Assembly (NCBI GenBank): GCA_965228475.1
Contig: OZ245817.1
Span: forward strand, 2,240,001-2,304,000
DNA: 64,000 bases
Reading direction: 5' to 3'
Source of the DNA: Myxococcota bacterium
Lineage (GTDB): Bacteria; Myxococcota_A; UBA9160; JAFDDA01
The notes under the pieces are model-generated. The model did not search any database, was not told the DNA's origin, and saw only the letters and a program-made list of their open reading frames with translations. Within the stretch, counting starts at the first letter, position 1. The number at the start of each line of letters is the position of its first letter. Positions 49,802-60,199 of the stretch are shown piece by piece. The position numbers and the translations under genes were made by a program.

Positions 49802-50448
49802 GCGTGCGAATCAAGATCTGCGGCGTCACCACGCCGGAAGACGCCGAAGCGGCCGTCGAGGGCGGGGCGGACCTGATCGGCCTGAACTTCGTTCCGGGCT
49901 CGCCGCGCTGCCTCGAGATCGGCCTCGCCGCGGAGATTGCCGAGCAGGTGGCGGGCCGGGTCGAGCGCGTCGCGCTGTTTCGCGACGAGGACCCGGCGGA
50001 GATCGAGCGCGTCCTTCGGCGCGTCGAAGTCGAGCGCGTCCAGCTCCACGGCAGCGAGACGCCCGAGGACGTCGAGGCGATGGACCTGCCGGTGATCAAG
50101 GCCCTGCGCGGCGCCGACGCGGAGGCCGCGGCGGAGTATCCGGGCACCATGCTGCTGCTCGACCACCCGACGGCGGGGGGCGGGCAGGGTCAGGTCTGGC
50201 CCTGGAGCGATGCCGCGCCGCTGCTCGAAGAGGGTTACGACATCATGCTCGCCGGCGGGCTCGACCCCGACAACGTTGGGCCCGCCCTGGCCGAGCTCGG
50301 CGACCTCCTGCCCTGGGGCGTCGACGTCGCGACCGGCGTCGAGGGGGAGGGCCGACGCAAGGATCCGGCCCGGATCGAAGCCTTCATCCGGGCGGTTCGC
50401 GCCGCCGAGGAAAGCGGTGCCGACGAAGGCGCCGAGGAGACACCGTGA
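49798..50448 (+). CDS. trpF: Phosphoribosylanthranilate isomerase
   Basis: [25 protein letters not shown]. Confidence 0.95.
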   Translation: MSVRIKICGVTTPEDAEAAVEGGADLIGLNFVPGSPRCLEIGLAAEIAEQVAGRVERVALFRDEDPAEIERVLRRVEVERVQLHGSETPEDVEAMDLPVIKALRGADAEAAAEYPGTMLLLDHPTAGGGQGQVWPWSDAAPLLEEGYDIMLAGGLDPDNVGPALAELGDLLPWGVDVATGVEGEGRRKDPARIEAFIRAVRAAEESGADEGAEETP

Positions 50449-51674
50449 CACGGCGAACAGGGGAGCCCCCGCGCTGGGAGGCCGACGGACGTGGCCGCTT
50501 CGGCGAGTACGGGGGCCGCTTCGTCCCGGAGACGCTGATCAATGCGCTCGACGAGCTCACGGAAGCGGTTCCGCGCATCACCGGAAGCGAGGAGTTCCGC
50601 ACCGAGCTCGACGGGCTCCTCACGTCGTACGCCGGCCGTCCGACGCCGATCACCTTCGCGCGGCGCGCGACGGAGGAGCTCGGCGGTGCCCGCATCTGGC
50701 TGAAGCGGGAAGACCTAACCCATACGGGCGCCCACAAGATCAACAACGTCCTGGCCCAGGCCCTGCTCGCACGCCACATGGGCAAGCCCCGCGTGATCGC
50801 CGAGACCGGCGCCGGGCAGCACGGCGTCGCGACGGCGACGGCCTGCGCGCTGCTCGGCCTCGAGTGCGAGGTCTACATGGGCGCGGAGGACGTCGAACGT
50901 CAGGCGCTGAACGTCTTCAAGATGGAGCTCCTCGGCGCCCGGGTCGTCCCGGTGAGCTCCGGCTCGCAAACCTTGAAGGACGCGATCAACGAGGCGATGC
51001 GCGATTGGGTGACGAACATCGCCAACACCTACTACTGCATCGGTTCGGTCATGGGGCCCCATCCCTATCCGACGCTGGTGCGCGATTTCCAGCGCGTCAT
51101 CGGCGTCGAGGCCCGCGAGCAGATCCTCGCGGAGGAGGGCCGGCTCCCCGACGTGCTGGTCGCCTGCGTCGGCGGCGGCTCGAACGCGATGGGCCTCTTC
51201 CACCCGTTCCTCGACGACGAGGGCGTCCGCATGATCGGCGTGGAGCCGGCGGGGGAGGGGATCGAAACCGGCCGCCACGGCGCCGCCCTCGGCACCGGCG
51301 TTCCCGGAATCTTCCACGGCAAGCGCACGCTGGTCCGTTCGGACGACGACGGTCAGATCTTCCCGGCCCATTCCGTTTCCGCCGGGCTCGACTACCCGAG
51401 CGTGGGTCCGGAGCACGCGCATCTGCGAGACCTCGGCCGGGCCGAGTATCACTCGGTCACCGACGACGAGGCGCTCGAGGCCTTCCAGTGGCTCTCGCGC
51501 ATCGAGGGCATCATCCCGGCCCTCGAGACGGCCCACGCCATCGCCGAGGTGAAGAAGCTCGCGCCGACCTTCGACCGCGATGGGATCATCCTCGTGAACC
51601 TCTCGGGCCGCGGCGACAAGGACGCGCCCCAGGTGCGCGAGATCCTGGCCGCGCGGAAGGGCGAGTCGGCCTGA
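50445..51674 (+). CDS. trpB: Tryptophan synthase beta chain
   Basis: [44 protein letters not shown]. Confidence 0.97.
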   Translation: MTRRTGEPPRWEADGRGRFGEYGGRFVPETLINALDELTEAVPRITGSEEFRTELDGLLTSYAGRPTPITFARRATEELGGARIWLKREDLTHTGAHKINNVLAQALLARHMGKPRVIAETGAGQHGVATATACALLGLECEVYMGAEDVERQALNVFKMELLGARVVPVSSGSQTLKDAINEAMRDWVTNIANTYYCIGSVMGPHPYPTLVRDFQRVIGVEAREQILAEEGRLPDVLVACVGGGSNAMGLFHPFLDDEGVRMIGVEPAGEGIETGRHGAALGTGVPGIFHGKRTLVRSDDDGQIFPAHSVSAGLDYPSVGPEHAHLRDLGRAEYHSVTDDEALEAFQWLSRIEGIIPALETAHAIAEVKKLAPTFDRDGIILVNLSGRGDKDAPQVREILAARKGESA

Positions 51675-52477
51675 TGGGACGCCTCACCGAACGTTTCGAC
51701 GCGCTGAAGGCGCGGGGCGAGCGCGCGCTCGTTCCCTTCATCACCGCCGGCGACCCCGACCTCGAGACCACCGAGGCGCTCCTGCCCGTGCTGGCCGAGG
51801 CCGGGGCGGACGCCATCGAGATCGGCGTGCCCTTCTCCGATCCGATCGCCGAAGGGCCGACGATCCAGCGCTCGAGCGAGCGGGCGCTCGCGAGCGGCAC
51901 GACGCTGCGGCGCATCCTCGAGCTCGTACGCAAGGTGCGCCCGCGGGTCGACGTGCCGCTGGTCCTGATGGGCTACGCGAACACTTTCTTCTCCATGGGC
52001 GACGAGGGCTTCGCCTCGGCTGCGGCCGAGGTCGGCGTCGACGGCGTGATCATCGTGGACCTGCCGCCCGAGGAGGGCGAGTCCTTCTACCGGGCGCTCG
52101 AGGCCGTCGGCATCGATGCGATCCTGCTCGCCGCGCCGACCACGACCCCGGAGCGGCTCGAACGCCTCGCGAAACAGAGCCGCGGCTTCCTCTACTACGT
52201 CTCGCTGACGGGCGTGACCGGTGCGCGGGCCCAGGTCGCGACGGACCTCGAAGCGGGCGTGCGGCGGGCCCAGTCTCTCTCCGGCGCGCCGGTGGTGGTC
52301 GGATTCGGGATCTCCACCCCCGAGCATGCGGCCGAGATCGCGGCCTACGCCGACGGGATCGCGGTGGGGAGTGCCCTGGTCGACCGCATCGCGGCGGAGG
52401 CGGACCTGCCCGCCCGGCTCGAGGCGGCGCGGGCGTTCGCCGCGGAGCTGAAGGCGCCGCTCCGCGAGCCGCGCTAG
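51674..52477 (+). CDS. trpA: Tryptophan synthase alpha chain
   Basis: AGDPD, EIGVPFSDPIAEGPTIQ, GVTGAR, GFGIS. TGATG overlap with trpB. Confidence 0.96.
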   Translation: MGRLTERFDALKARGERALVPFITAGDPDLETTEALLPVLAEAGADAIEIGVPFSDPIAEGPTIQRSSERALASGTTLRRILELVRKVRPRVDVPLVLMGYANTFFSMGDEGFASAAAEVGVDGVIIVDLPPEEGESFYRALEAVGIDAILLAAPTTTPERLERLAKQSRGFLYYVSLTGVTGARAQVATDLEAGVRRAQSLSGAPVVVGFGISTPEHAAEIAAYADGIAVGSALVDRIAAEADLPARLEAARAFAAELKAPLREPR

Positions 52478-52490
52478 CGCCGGGAGGCGC

Positions 52491-53156
52491 CTAGCCTTCG
52501 GCCGGCTCGCGCTCGACGCGCTCGACGGGAACGGCGCCCGCGGCGGTGTCCTCGCGGAGCAGATCCGCGACGAGCTCCTCGACCCGGGCCCGTGTCGCTT
52601 CGAGGCCGCCCGAGTTGTCGATCACGTGGTCCGCGAGCTCGCGCTTCTCGTCGAGGGACATCTGCGCGGCGATCCGGCGCCGCGCCTCCTCCTCGCTGCA
52701 ATCGTCCCGGGAGACGGTGCGCTCCACCTGGACCTCGGTCGGGACCCAGACGACGACCACGGCGTGGTAGGGAACCGCCGCGCGGCCGGCCTTGCGCCCC
52801 TCGAGCAGGAGCGGGACGTCGAGGACCACGAGCGAATGGCCCGCTTCGCGCGCGGCCTCGATGCGGCGCACCATCTCGGCGCCGACCTTCGGGTGGACGA
52901 TCTGGCCGAGGCGCGTCCGCGCCGCCTCGTCCCGGAAGACGATCGCGCCGAGGGCCTCGCGGTCGAGGCTGCCGTCCTCGGCGAGGATTTCCGGCCCGAA
53001 GGCACGGGCGATCTCGGCGAGGAGCGGCGTGCCCTTGGCCTGGAGCTCGTGGACGATGGCGTCCGCGTCGATCACGACGGCGCCGTGCTCGGCGAGCAGA
53101 CCCGCGACCGTGCTCTTCCCCGAGCCGATCCCGCCCGTCAGTCCCACGAGTTTCAT
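52491..53156 (-). CDS. coaE: Dephospho-CoA kinase
   Basis: GLTGGIGSGKST, IDAD, LDVPLL, RIAAQ. Confidence 0.96.
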   Translation of the reverse strand: MKLVGLTGGIGSGKSTVAGLLAEHGAVVIDADAIVHELQAKGTPLLAEIARAFGPEILAEDGSLDREALGAIVFRDEAARTRLGQIVHPKVGAEMVRRIEAAREAGHSLVVLDVPLLLEGRKAGRAAVPYHAVVVVWVPTEVQVERTVSRDDCSEEEARRRIAAQMSLDEKRELADHVIDNSGGLEATRARVEELVADLLREDTAAGAVPVERVEREPAEG

Positions 53157-53196
53157 GGCGCGAGTCTAGCCGCCCGGGCCGTCCCCTGGCGGCCCG

Positions 53197-54525
53197 CTAC
53201 GAAACCTTCTCGGGGGCTCCCGGCGCGGGGCGCGGAGCCGGCTGTGTGGCGTAGCGGAGGCTCTCCTCGTCGACGACGACGCAGTTCTTGCCCATGTCCT
53301 TGGCGAGGTAGAGGGCGCGGTCCGCATCGCGGAAGAACGCTCGCCGATCGCCGCGGAACAGGGCGATGCCCATCGAGACCGTGACGCCGATGGTCTTGGT
53401 CTCGTGGTCGGCCGGCTGCCAGCGCTCGTTGGCGATGCGCAGGCGGATCTTCTCGGCGAGGGTCTCGGCACCTTCGATGTCTGTGCCCGTGGTCAGGATG
53501 GCGAACTCCTCGCCGCCGTAGCGCGCGAGGAAGTCGCTCTCGCGGATCGCCTCGTTCATGACGCCGGCGATGCGCACCAGCACCTCGTCGCCCGTGGCGT
53601 GGCCGAAGCGGTCGTTCAGCTGCTTGAAGTCGTCGATGTCGGCGAGGATCATCGCGAGCGGGTCGCCGGTCCGTTCGCAGCGCTTGATCTCGCGGGCCAG
53701 CTGGTCCTGGAAGAAGCGGTGGTTGTGGAGCCGCGTGAGCCCGTCGGTGATCGAGAGCTGCGCGAGGATCTCGTTCGCGCGCTGGAGCTGCTGGTTCTGG
53801 TCCGTCAGGCGGAGGTTCGCGTCCTCGATCTGCTGCTGGTTGCGGCGCAGGCGCCCGACCATGTCGTTGAAGGTTCGCGCCAGAAGGCCGACCTCGTCGC
53901 TGCGGGCGGGAAGGGAGAGCTCCGTGTGGAGATCGCCCTGGGAGATCCGGCGCGCTTCGGCCGCGAGCAGCTCGATCGGGTGGACGACGGACGCGGTCAG
54001 CCAGTACGCGATCCAGCAGAAGACGAAGACGGCGGCCGAGCCGAGGATGAACACGACCGGGAGAAGCGAGAGGAAGGGCGCGTAGGCTTCCTCGAACGGT
54101 CTCCGGACGAGAAGCCAATGGCTTGCGTCCCCGTTTCGTTGGCCGCGTAGGACCCAGATGTCCCCGTTCGCGTCCCCGTGGATCACCCGCGCGGTCGGGG
54201 ACTCGAGGCCCTCCGAGGGCCAGCCCGGCGGGAGGGACCAGCCCCGCGTCGTCGCGACGGCGGGGCGGAGGGTTCCGTCTGGGAGGAGCGTTGCGCCCTG
54301 CCAGCCGAGTTCGCTCCCGCGGATCCGCCGTGCACCGTCGCCGACCGCGGCGTTCGCGAGAGCCTCGCGGCTGGTCTGGTCGAGGTGTGCTTCGACGCTC
54401 GCGCGGGCCTGGTACAGGGCCACGCCCCCCACCAGCCCCGCCGTGACGAGGGTGGCCGCGCAGACGAACAGCACGATTCGAGCCGGGAGGCTGACGAGCC
54501 TCCGCGACAGGCGGGGGGATTCCAT
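53197..54525 (-). CDS. Membrane HAMP-GGDEF diguanylate cyclase
   Basis: Two TM helices, HAMP (DEVGLLARTFNDM), TDGLT, RESD I-site, GGEEF. ATG 54525 after GGAGGAGG. Confidence 0.92.
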   Translation of the reverse strand: MESPRLSRRLVSLPARIVLFVCAATLVTAGLVGGVALYQARASVEAHLDQTSREALANAAVGDGARRIRGSELGWQGATLLPDGTLRPAVATTRGWSLPPGWPSEGLESPTARVIHGDANGDIWVLRGQRNGDASHWLLVRRPFEEAYAPFLSLLPVVFILGSAAVFVFCWIAYWLTASVVHPIELLAAEARRISQGDLHTELSLPARSDEVGLLARTFNDMVGRLRRNQQQIEDANLRLTDQNQQLQRANEILAQLSITDGLTRLHNHRFFQDQLAREIKRCERTGDPLAMILADIDDFKQLNDRFGHATGDEVLVRIAGVMNEAIRESDFLARYGGEEFAILTTGTDIEGAETLAEKIRLRIANERWQPADHETKTIGVTVSMGIALFRGDRRAFFRDADRALYLAKDMGKNCVVVDEESLRYATQPAPRPAPGAPEKVS

Positions 54526-54551
54526 GGGAGCGGCAGGGCCTCCTCCCCCCA

Positions 54552-54579
54552 GAATCGGCAGGCCATCGGACCCTCTTGA
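54552..54579 (-). promoter_or_regulatory. Sigma28-like promoter TCAA-N16-GCCGATTC
   Basis: Near-consensus match just upstream of the RBS of the diguanylate cyclase. Confidence 0.6.
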
Positions 54580-54703
54580 GGGGAAGTCACCCCGAGAGCA
54601 GCGAATTCGGGCTCCTGGGTGGGCCGCGGAGGCCCGGCGGAAGGCCACCGGGCCCGGAGGCGGATAAACCCTTGTCAGCACACCGGAATCGTCCGAAGGG
54701 GGG

Positions 54704-54733
54704 TTGGCAGGCCGTTTCCCCCTCCGATATATT
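54704..54733 (+). promoter_or_regulatory. Sigma70-type promoter TTGGCA-N18-TATATT for the pheA operon
   Basis: AT-rich -10 in a GC-rich background, upstream of pheA. Confidence 0.5.
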
Positions 54734-54811
54734 GCGCCTGTCTTTTCAGGGGGTTAGCGGCGCTTCCGCGCCGTGCCTCTCCCGAGTTCGTGTCCTCCCA
54801 CGGAGTCGCGC

Positions 54812-55978
54812 ATGACGCAGCAGGGACAGCGAAGCCCTTCGCTCGATCCGGTCGCCGAAGGCCCGGAGCTCGAACGCCTGCGTCGCGAGATCGATGCCGT
54901 CGATCGTCTGATCCTCGAAAAGCTCAACGAGCGTGCGCGGTTGGTGCAGGAAGTCGGGCGTCACAAGGAGAGCGAGGCCACGCCGGTGTACGCGGCGGCC
55001 CGGGAGCGTGATCTCGTCGAGCGCCTGCGAAGCGACAACGAAGGTCCCTTTCCCGACGCCGGGTTGCCGAACGTCTTCCGCGAGATCATCAGTGCGACGC
55101 GCTCCCTCGAACGCGTGGTCCGGGTGTCCTTCCTCGGGCCGGAGGGCAGCTTCGCCCACCTCGCGGCGCGCCGTCAGTTCGGCGGCCTCGCGGCTCTCGT
55201 CCCGGCGGCCACGATCCCGGACGTCTACGCCGCGGTCGAGCGCGGGGTCGCGGACCTCGGCGTCGTGCCCATCGAGAACAGCACGGAAGGGGTCGTGACC
55301 CAGTCCCTCGACCGCTGCGTCGAGAGCGAAGCCACGATCTGCGCGGAGATCGTGCTGCGCATCTCCCAGTGTCTGATGTCGAAGTCGGGACGGCTCGAGG
55401 ACGTGAAGCGCGTGGCCTCGCACCCGCAGGGCCTGGCGCAGTGCCGCGAGTGGCTGGCGCGTCACCTGCCGGGCATCGAGACCGTGGAGACCCAGAGCAC
55501 CGCACGCGCCGCGGAGTGGGCCGCCGAGACGCCGGATGTCGCGGCCATCACGAGCGAGCTCGCCGCCGACATCTTCGGCCTCGAGATCCTCGAGCGGGCC
55601 ATCGAGGACCGCCGCGACAACACGACCCGCTTCCTCGTGATCGGCGAGCGCCCGCCCGCGCCGAGCGGGCGCGATCTGACCTCGGTGGTCTTCACCCTGC
55701 GCAAGGCCGAGTCCGGGGCGCTCCACCGCCTGCTCGACCCGTTCGCGCAGCACGGCGTGAATCTCGCCTCGATCCAGTCCCGCCCGCTGAAGGGGCGGCC
55801 GTGGGAGTACCTGTTCTTCATCGACCTCGAGGGGCACGTCGCCGAGCAGCGCGTGCAGGACGCCCTGGCCGCCGCGTCGAAGCGCGTGAACTCCTACAAG
55901 GTGCTCGGCTCCTTCCCGCGGGCGCTGACGCGCGCCGACGACGGGCAGCCCCTGAACGACCCGGGGCGGGCCGTCTAG
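54812..55978 (+). CDS. pheA: Chorismate mutase/prephenate dehydratase
   Basis: LRREIDAVD, FLGPEGS, PIENSTEG, SHPQ, NTTRF, ACT domain IQSRP. Confidence 0.95.
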   Translation: MTQQGQRSPSLDPVAEGPELERLRREIDAVDRLILEKLNERARLVQEVGRHKESEATPVYAAARERDLVERLRSDNEGPFPDAGLPNVFREIISATRSLERVVRVSFLGPEGSFAHLAARRQFGGLAALVPAATIPDVYAAVERGVADLGVVPIENSTEGVVTQSLDRCVESEATICAEIVLRISQCLMSKSGRLEDVKRVASHPQGLAQCREWLARHLPGIETVETQSTARAAEWAAETPDVAAITSELAADIFGLEILERAIEDRRDNTTRFLVIGERPPAPSGRDLTSVVFTLRKAESGALHRLLDPFAQHGVNLASIQSRPLKGRPWEYLFFIDLEGHVAEQRVQDALAAASKRVNSYKVLGSFPRALTRADDGQPLNDPGRAV

Positions 55979-57072
55979 TGTCGATCGAACGACTCGTGCA
56001 TCCCTGGGTCCGCTCGCTCAAGCCCTACGAGCCGGGCAAGCCGATCGAGGAGCTCGAACGCGAGCTCGGCATCGAGGGCTCGGTGAAGCTCGCCTCGAAC
56101 GAGAACCCCTTCGGCCCGTCGCCGAAGGCCCTGGCCGCGCTCCGCGAAGCCGTCGAGGGCGTGAACCGCTACCCGGACGGGCACGGCTTCGCCCTGCGTC
56201 GGGCGCTCACCGAGAACCTCGGTCTCGACGGCGAGGCGCTCTTCTTCGGGAACGGCTCGAGCGAGGTCCTCGACCTGCTCGCGAAGGCGCTGCTCGGGCC
56301 CGGAGACGAGTGCGTCTACCCGTGGCCGTCTTTCGCCATGTACCCGATCGTCGTCACCGGTGCGGGGGGAACGCCCGTCCCGATCCCGCTCGACGATGCC
56401 TTCGGCCACGACTTCGACGCCATGCTCGCCGCGGTGAACGAGCGGACGAAGCTCGTGATCCTCTGCAATCCGAACAACCCGACGGGCACGACCTTCGGCC
56501 GCGAGGCCTTCGAGCGCTTCGTCGAGGTCCTGCCCGCCGGGGTCGTGCTCGCGATCGACGAGGCCTACTACGAGTTCGCCACGCGCGAAGACTTCCCGGA
56601 CTCGATCGGCCAGGTCTCGCGCCGCCCGGGGACGATCGTCCTGCGCACGATGTCGAAGATCCACAGCCTGGCCGGCCTGCGCATCGGCTACGGCATCACG
56701 GACGCGGAGCTCGCCGGCTTCCTCGAGCGGGTGCGGCATCCCTTCAACGTGAACCTTCCGGCCCAGGCGGCCGCGGTCGCGGCGCTCGGCGACCCGGAGC
56801 ACGTGGCGCGTTCCCGCGCCTGCGTCACGGAAGGCATCGCGTACCTGACGAAGGAGCTCGGCGCGCTCGGCATGGAGGTCGTTCCGAGCGAGGCGAACTT
56901 CGTCCTCGTGCGCACCGGTGCCGAGGTCTATGAGCCGCTGCTCCGCGAAGGCGTGATCATCCGGCCGATGGGCGGCTTCGGCCTGACGGACTACGTGCGC
57001 GTGACCATCGGCCTGCCCGAAGAGAACGAGAAGCTCGTGAAGGCCCTGCGGCGACTGCGGGAGGGCGCGTGA
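55978..57072 (+). CDS. hisC: Histidinol-phosphate aminotransferase
   Basis: KLASNENP, RYPD, NPNNPTG, DEAY, RTMSK. Confidence 0.94.
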   Translation: MSIERLVHPWVRSLKPYEPGKPIEELERELGIEGSVKLASNENPFGPSPKALAALREAVEGVNRYPDGHGFALRRALTENLGLDGEALFFGNGSSEVLDLLAKALLGPGDECVYPWPSFAMYPIVVTGAGGTPVPIPLDDAFGHDFDAMLAAVNERTKLVILCNPNNPTGTTFGREAFERFVEVLPAGVVLAIDEAYYEFATREDFPDSIGQVSRRPGTIVLRTMSKIHSLAGLRIGYGITDAELAGFLERVRHPFNVNLPAQAAAVAALGDPEHVARSRACVTEGIAYLTKELGALGMEVVPSEANFVLVRTGAEVYEPLLREGVIIRPMGGFGLTDYVRVTIGLPEENEKLVKALRRLREGA

Positions 57073-58034
57073 TGCACGACGGACGCTTCGAACGCATCGC
57101 GATCCTCGGCCTCGGACTGCTCGGCGGGTCGGTCGCGCTGGCGGCGCGGGCTCGCGGCGCGGCGCGTGCCGTGGTCGGTACGGGGCGCCGCCGGGACGCG
57201 CTCGATGCCGCGGTTCGCGATGGCGTCGTCGACGCGACGGCCCCGGTCGAGCGCGCCGTCGCCGATGCAGATCTCGTCGTGCTCGCGACGCCCGTGCAGA
57301 GCATGGAAGAGCAGCTCCGGCGCGCGGCGCCGAATCTGCGGCCGGGCACGATCGTGACCGACGTCGGCAGCGTGAAGGGCCTGCTCGAAGAAACGCTCCC
57401 CGGGCTCCTGCCGCCGGGCGTTCCCTTCGTCGGCTCGCACCCGATGGCGGGGAGCCACCTGCGCGGCGTCGAACACTCCCGCGCCGACCTGTTCGAGGGC
57501 GCGCCCTGCGTGGTGACGGCGAGCGCCAAGAGCGACCCCGGGGCCGTCGAGCGCGTCTCGGCCTTCTGGGCCCGGCTCGGCGCCCACGTCGTGCACCGGG
57601 AGCCCGGCCAGCACGATGCCGAGGTCGCCTGGGTCAGTCACCTGCCGCACGTGCTCGCCTTCGCCTTCGCCCAGGCCCTCGGCACCGCGCCGCCGGAGGC
57701 CGGCCGCCTCGGCGGGAGTGGCTTCCGGGACTTCACCCGCATTGCCCAGAGCGACGCCGAGCTCTGGAGCGACATCCTCGTGGCCAACGCCAAATCCATC
57801 GCCGGGCCGCTCCGGGAGGTGGCCCGGGTGCTCTCGCGCTACGCCGAGGAGCTCGAGGCCGGCGACGCGGAAGCTCTCGAACGGGCCATCACCGAGGCCC
57901 GGCAGAACCTCGCCGCCGCCCAGCGCGGCGGCACAGAAGACGATTCCAACGCCCGATCCGGGGGCGAAAACCCGGAAATCCAGGCTGCCCCCGAGGCGGC
58001 CACCCGAAAGGCAAGTAGCAAACAGAATGTCTGA
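57069..58034 (+). CDS. tyrA: Prephenate/arogenate dehydrogenase
   Basis: GLGLLGGS, DVGSVK, HPMAGS, SHLPH, FRDFTRIA. Confidence 0.93.
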   Translation: MMHDGRFERIAILGLGLLGGSVALAARARGAARAVVGTGRRRDALDAAVRDGVVDATAPVERAVADADLVVLATPVQSMEEQLRRAAPNLRPGTIVTDVGSVKGLLEETLPGLLPPGVPFVGSHPMAGSHLRGVEHSRADLFEGAPCVVTASAKSDPGAVERVSAFWARLGAHVVHREPGQHDAEVAWVSHLPHVLAFAFAQALGTAPPEAGRLGGSGFRDFTRIAQSDAELWSDILVANAKSIAGPLREVARVLSRYAEELEAGDAEALERAITEARQNLAAAQRGGTEDDSNARSGGENPEIQAAPEAATRKASSKQNV

Positions 58035-59727
58035 TCAAGCAAACCCGAACGAATCCTTCGCCGCTCTCTTCGAAGAGAGCATGAAGCAGGTGAAGGAGGG
58101 AGAAGTCGTCGACGGCAAGGTCGTGGCGATGGATGACGACCACGTACAGGTGGACGTCGGCTTCAAGTCCGAAGGTCTCATCGACACGTGGGAATTCATG
58201 GACGAGGACGGAACGCTCCACATCAAGGTGGGCGATACCGTCGAGGTGCTCGTCGAGTCGACCGAGGACGAAGAAGGACGCATCGTCCTTTCCAAGGAGA
58301 AGGCGGACCGCGTCCGGCTATGGAACGAGATCAGCAAGGCCTACGACGACGACCGCGCCGTCGAGGGCGTGATCGTCTCGCGCGTGAAGGGCGGCCTCGC
58401 GGTCGACATCGGCGTGAAGGCGTTCCTGCCGGGCTCCCAGGTGGACCTCCGGCCGATCCGGAACCTCGAGGACCTGCTCGGCAAGCGCCTCGAGTTCAAG
58501 ATCATCAAGTTCAACCAGCGCCGCGGCAACATCGTGCTCTCGCGCCGGGTCCTGCTCGAGAAGGAGCGCAAGAAGCTCCGCGAGGAGACGCTCGGCCAGC
58601 TGACCGAAGACCAGATCGTCGACGGCGTGATCAAGAACATCACGGACTACGGCGCCTTCATCGATCTCGGCGGCATCGACGGCCTGCTCCACGTGACCGA
58701 CATGTCGTGGGGCCGGGTGAATCACCCGTCGGAGCTCTTCCAGGTCGGTGAGGAGATCAAGGTCAAGGTCCTGAAGTTCGATGCGGAGACGGAGCGCGTC
58801 TCCCTCGGCCTGAAGCAGATCCAGCCGGATCCGTGGGTCGACGCGAGCATGCGCTACCCGATCGGCAAGCGGGTTTCGGGCAAGGTCGTGGCCCTCACGG
58901 ACTACGGCGCCTTCCTCGAGCTCGAGCCGGGCATCGAGGGCCTGATCCACGTCTCGGAGATGTCGTGGACCAAGCGCGTGAAGCACCCGTCGAAGGTGGT
59001 GACCCAGGGCGACCAGGTCGATGCCGTCGTGCTCGACGTGGACGAGACGAACCGCAAGATCTCGCTCGGCATGAAGCAGATCGAGCCGAACCCGTGGGAC
59101 GTGATCGAGCAGAAGTACCCGGTCGGGACCCACGTCTCGGGCCAGGTCCGCAACATCACGAACTTCGGTGTGTTCGTCGGGCTCGAAGAGGGCATCGACG
59201 GGCTGGTGCACGTCTCGGACATTTCGTGGACGGAGCAGATCAAGCACCCGAGCGAGAAGTTCCAGAAGGGCGATGAAGTCAACGCGGTCGTGCTGAAGAT
59301 CGACAAGGAGAACGAGAAGTTCTCCCTCGGCATCAAGCAGCTCGAGACCAACCCGTGGGACGACATCCAGAAGCGCTACCCGCTGGGCAGCGAGATCGAG
59401 GGCGAGGTCACCAACGTCACCGACTTCGGCGCATTCGTGCGGCTCGAAGAGGGGATCGAGGGCCTGGTCTACAGCTCGGAGATCGCGCAGGAGCGGGTCG
59501 AGAAGCCGTCGGACGTGATCAACAGCGGCGAGCGCGTGAAGGCGATCGTCACCAAGGTCGACCCCGCCGAGGGGAAGATCTCGCTGTCGATCCGTGCGGT
59601 GCACGACCAGGCGGAGCGCGAAGCGCTCAAGCGCATGGCCGAGCAGCAGTCGCGTCAGCAGACCTCCACGTTCGGAGACCTGCTGAAGCAGAAGATGGCC
59701 GAGAAAGAGGCCGCTTCGGACGACTAG
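58027..59727 (+). CDS. rpsA: 30S ribosomal protein S1
   Basis: ESFAALFEES, VDVGFKSEG, AFLPGSQVD and six S1 repeats. Confidence 0.97.
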   Translation: MSDQANPNESFAALFEESMKQVKEGEVVDGKVVAMDDDHVQVDVGFKSEGLIDTWEFMDEDGTLHIKVGDTVEVLVESTEDEEGRIVLSKEKADRVRLWNEISKAYDDDRAVEGVIVSRVKGGLAVDIGVKAFLPGSQVDLRPIRNLEDLLGKRLEFKIIKFNQRRGNIVLSRRVLLEKERKKLREETLGQLTEDQIVDGVIKNITDYGAFIDLGGIDGLLHVTDMSWGRVNHPSELFQVGEEIKVKVLKFDAETERVSLGLKQIQPDPWVDASMRYPIGKRVSGKVVALTDYGAFLELEPGIEGLIHVSEMSWTKRVKHPSKVVTQGDQVDAVVLDVDETNRKISLGMKQIEPNPWDVIEQKYPVGTHVSGQVRNITNFGVFVGLEEGIDGLVHVSDISWTEQIKHPSEKFQKGDEVNAVVLKIDKENEKFSLGIKQLETNPWDDIQKRYPLGSEIEGEVTNVTDFGAFVRLEEGIEGLVYSSEIAQERVEKPSDVINSGERVKAIVTKVDPAEGKISLSIRAVHDQAEREALKRMAEQQSRQQTSTFGDLLKQKMAEKEAASDD

Positions 59728-59736
59728 GGTTCATGA

Positions 59737-59837
59737 GGCCACCGGGGGGCGGTGTCACCCCCGGTGGTCGGAACCCGGCGCCTTGGTGGCCGGGGTTCTG
59801 GGGGAGGCACCCAATGCGCCGCGGTGAAAGCCGGCGG
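59737..59837 (+). other. Series of stem-loops between rpsA and ihfB
   Basis: 12-bp stem 59737-59769, second stem 59770-59799, GAAA-tetraloop stem 59819-59837. No U-tract. Confidence 0.45.
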
Positions 59838-59851
59838 GCAAGGGGAGACGG

Positions 59852-60160
59852 ATGACGAAGAGCGGGCTCATCGAGAAGGTGGCGGAGAAGACGCCGCACA
59901 TCTCGAAGAAGGACACCGAGGTCGTCGTCAATACCATCTTCGATTCGATGACGGATGCCCTCAAGACGGGCGAACGGATCGAGATCCGGGGCTTCGGAAG
60001 CTTCCAGGTCAAGGTCCGGGAGGCGCGCGAGGGGCGCAATCCGAAGACGGGCGAAGAGGTGCACATTCCGGCCAAGCGCACGCCGTTCTTCAAGGTCGGC
60101 AAGGAACTGAAGGAGATGGTGGACCAGAGCTCGGGCGAAGGCCCGGACGCCACCTCCTAG
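59852..60160 (+). CDS. ihfB: Integration host factor subunit beta
   Basis: MTKSGLI, IEIRGFGSF, GRNPKTG, FKVGKEL. Conserved position after rpsA. Confidence 0.93.
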   Translation: MTKSGLIEKVAEKTPHISKKDTEVVVNTIFDSMTDALKTGERIEIRGFGSFQVKVREAREGRNPKTGEEVHIPAKRTPFFKVGKELKEMVDQSSGEGPDATS

Positions 60161-60199
60161 TCTGCTAGCAGGGCCTTCGGGCCCCGGGGACCTCCGAAG

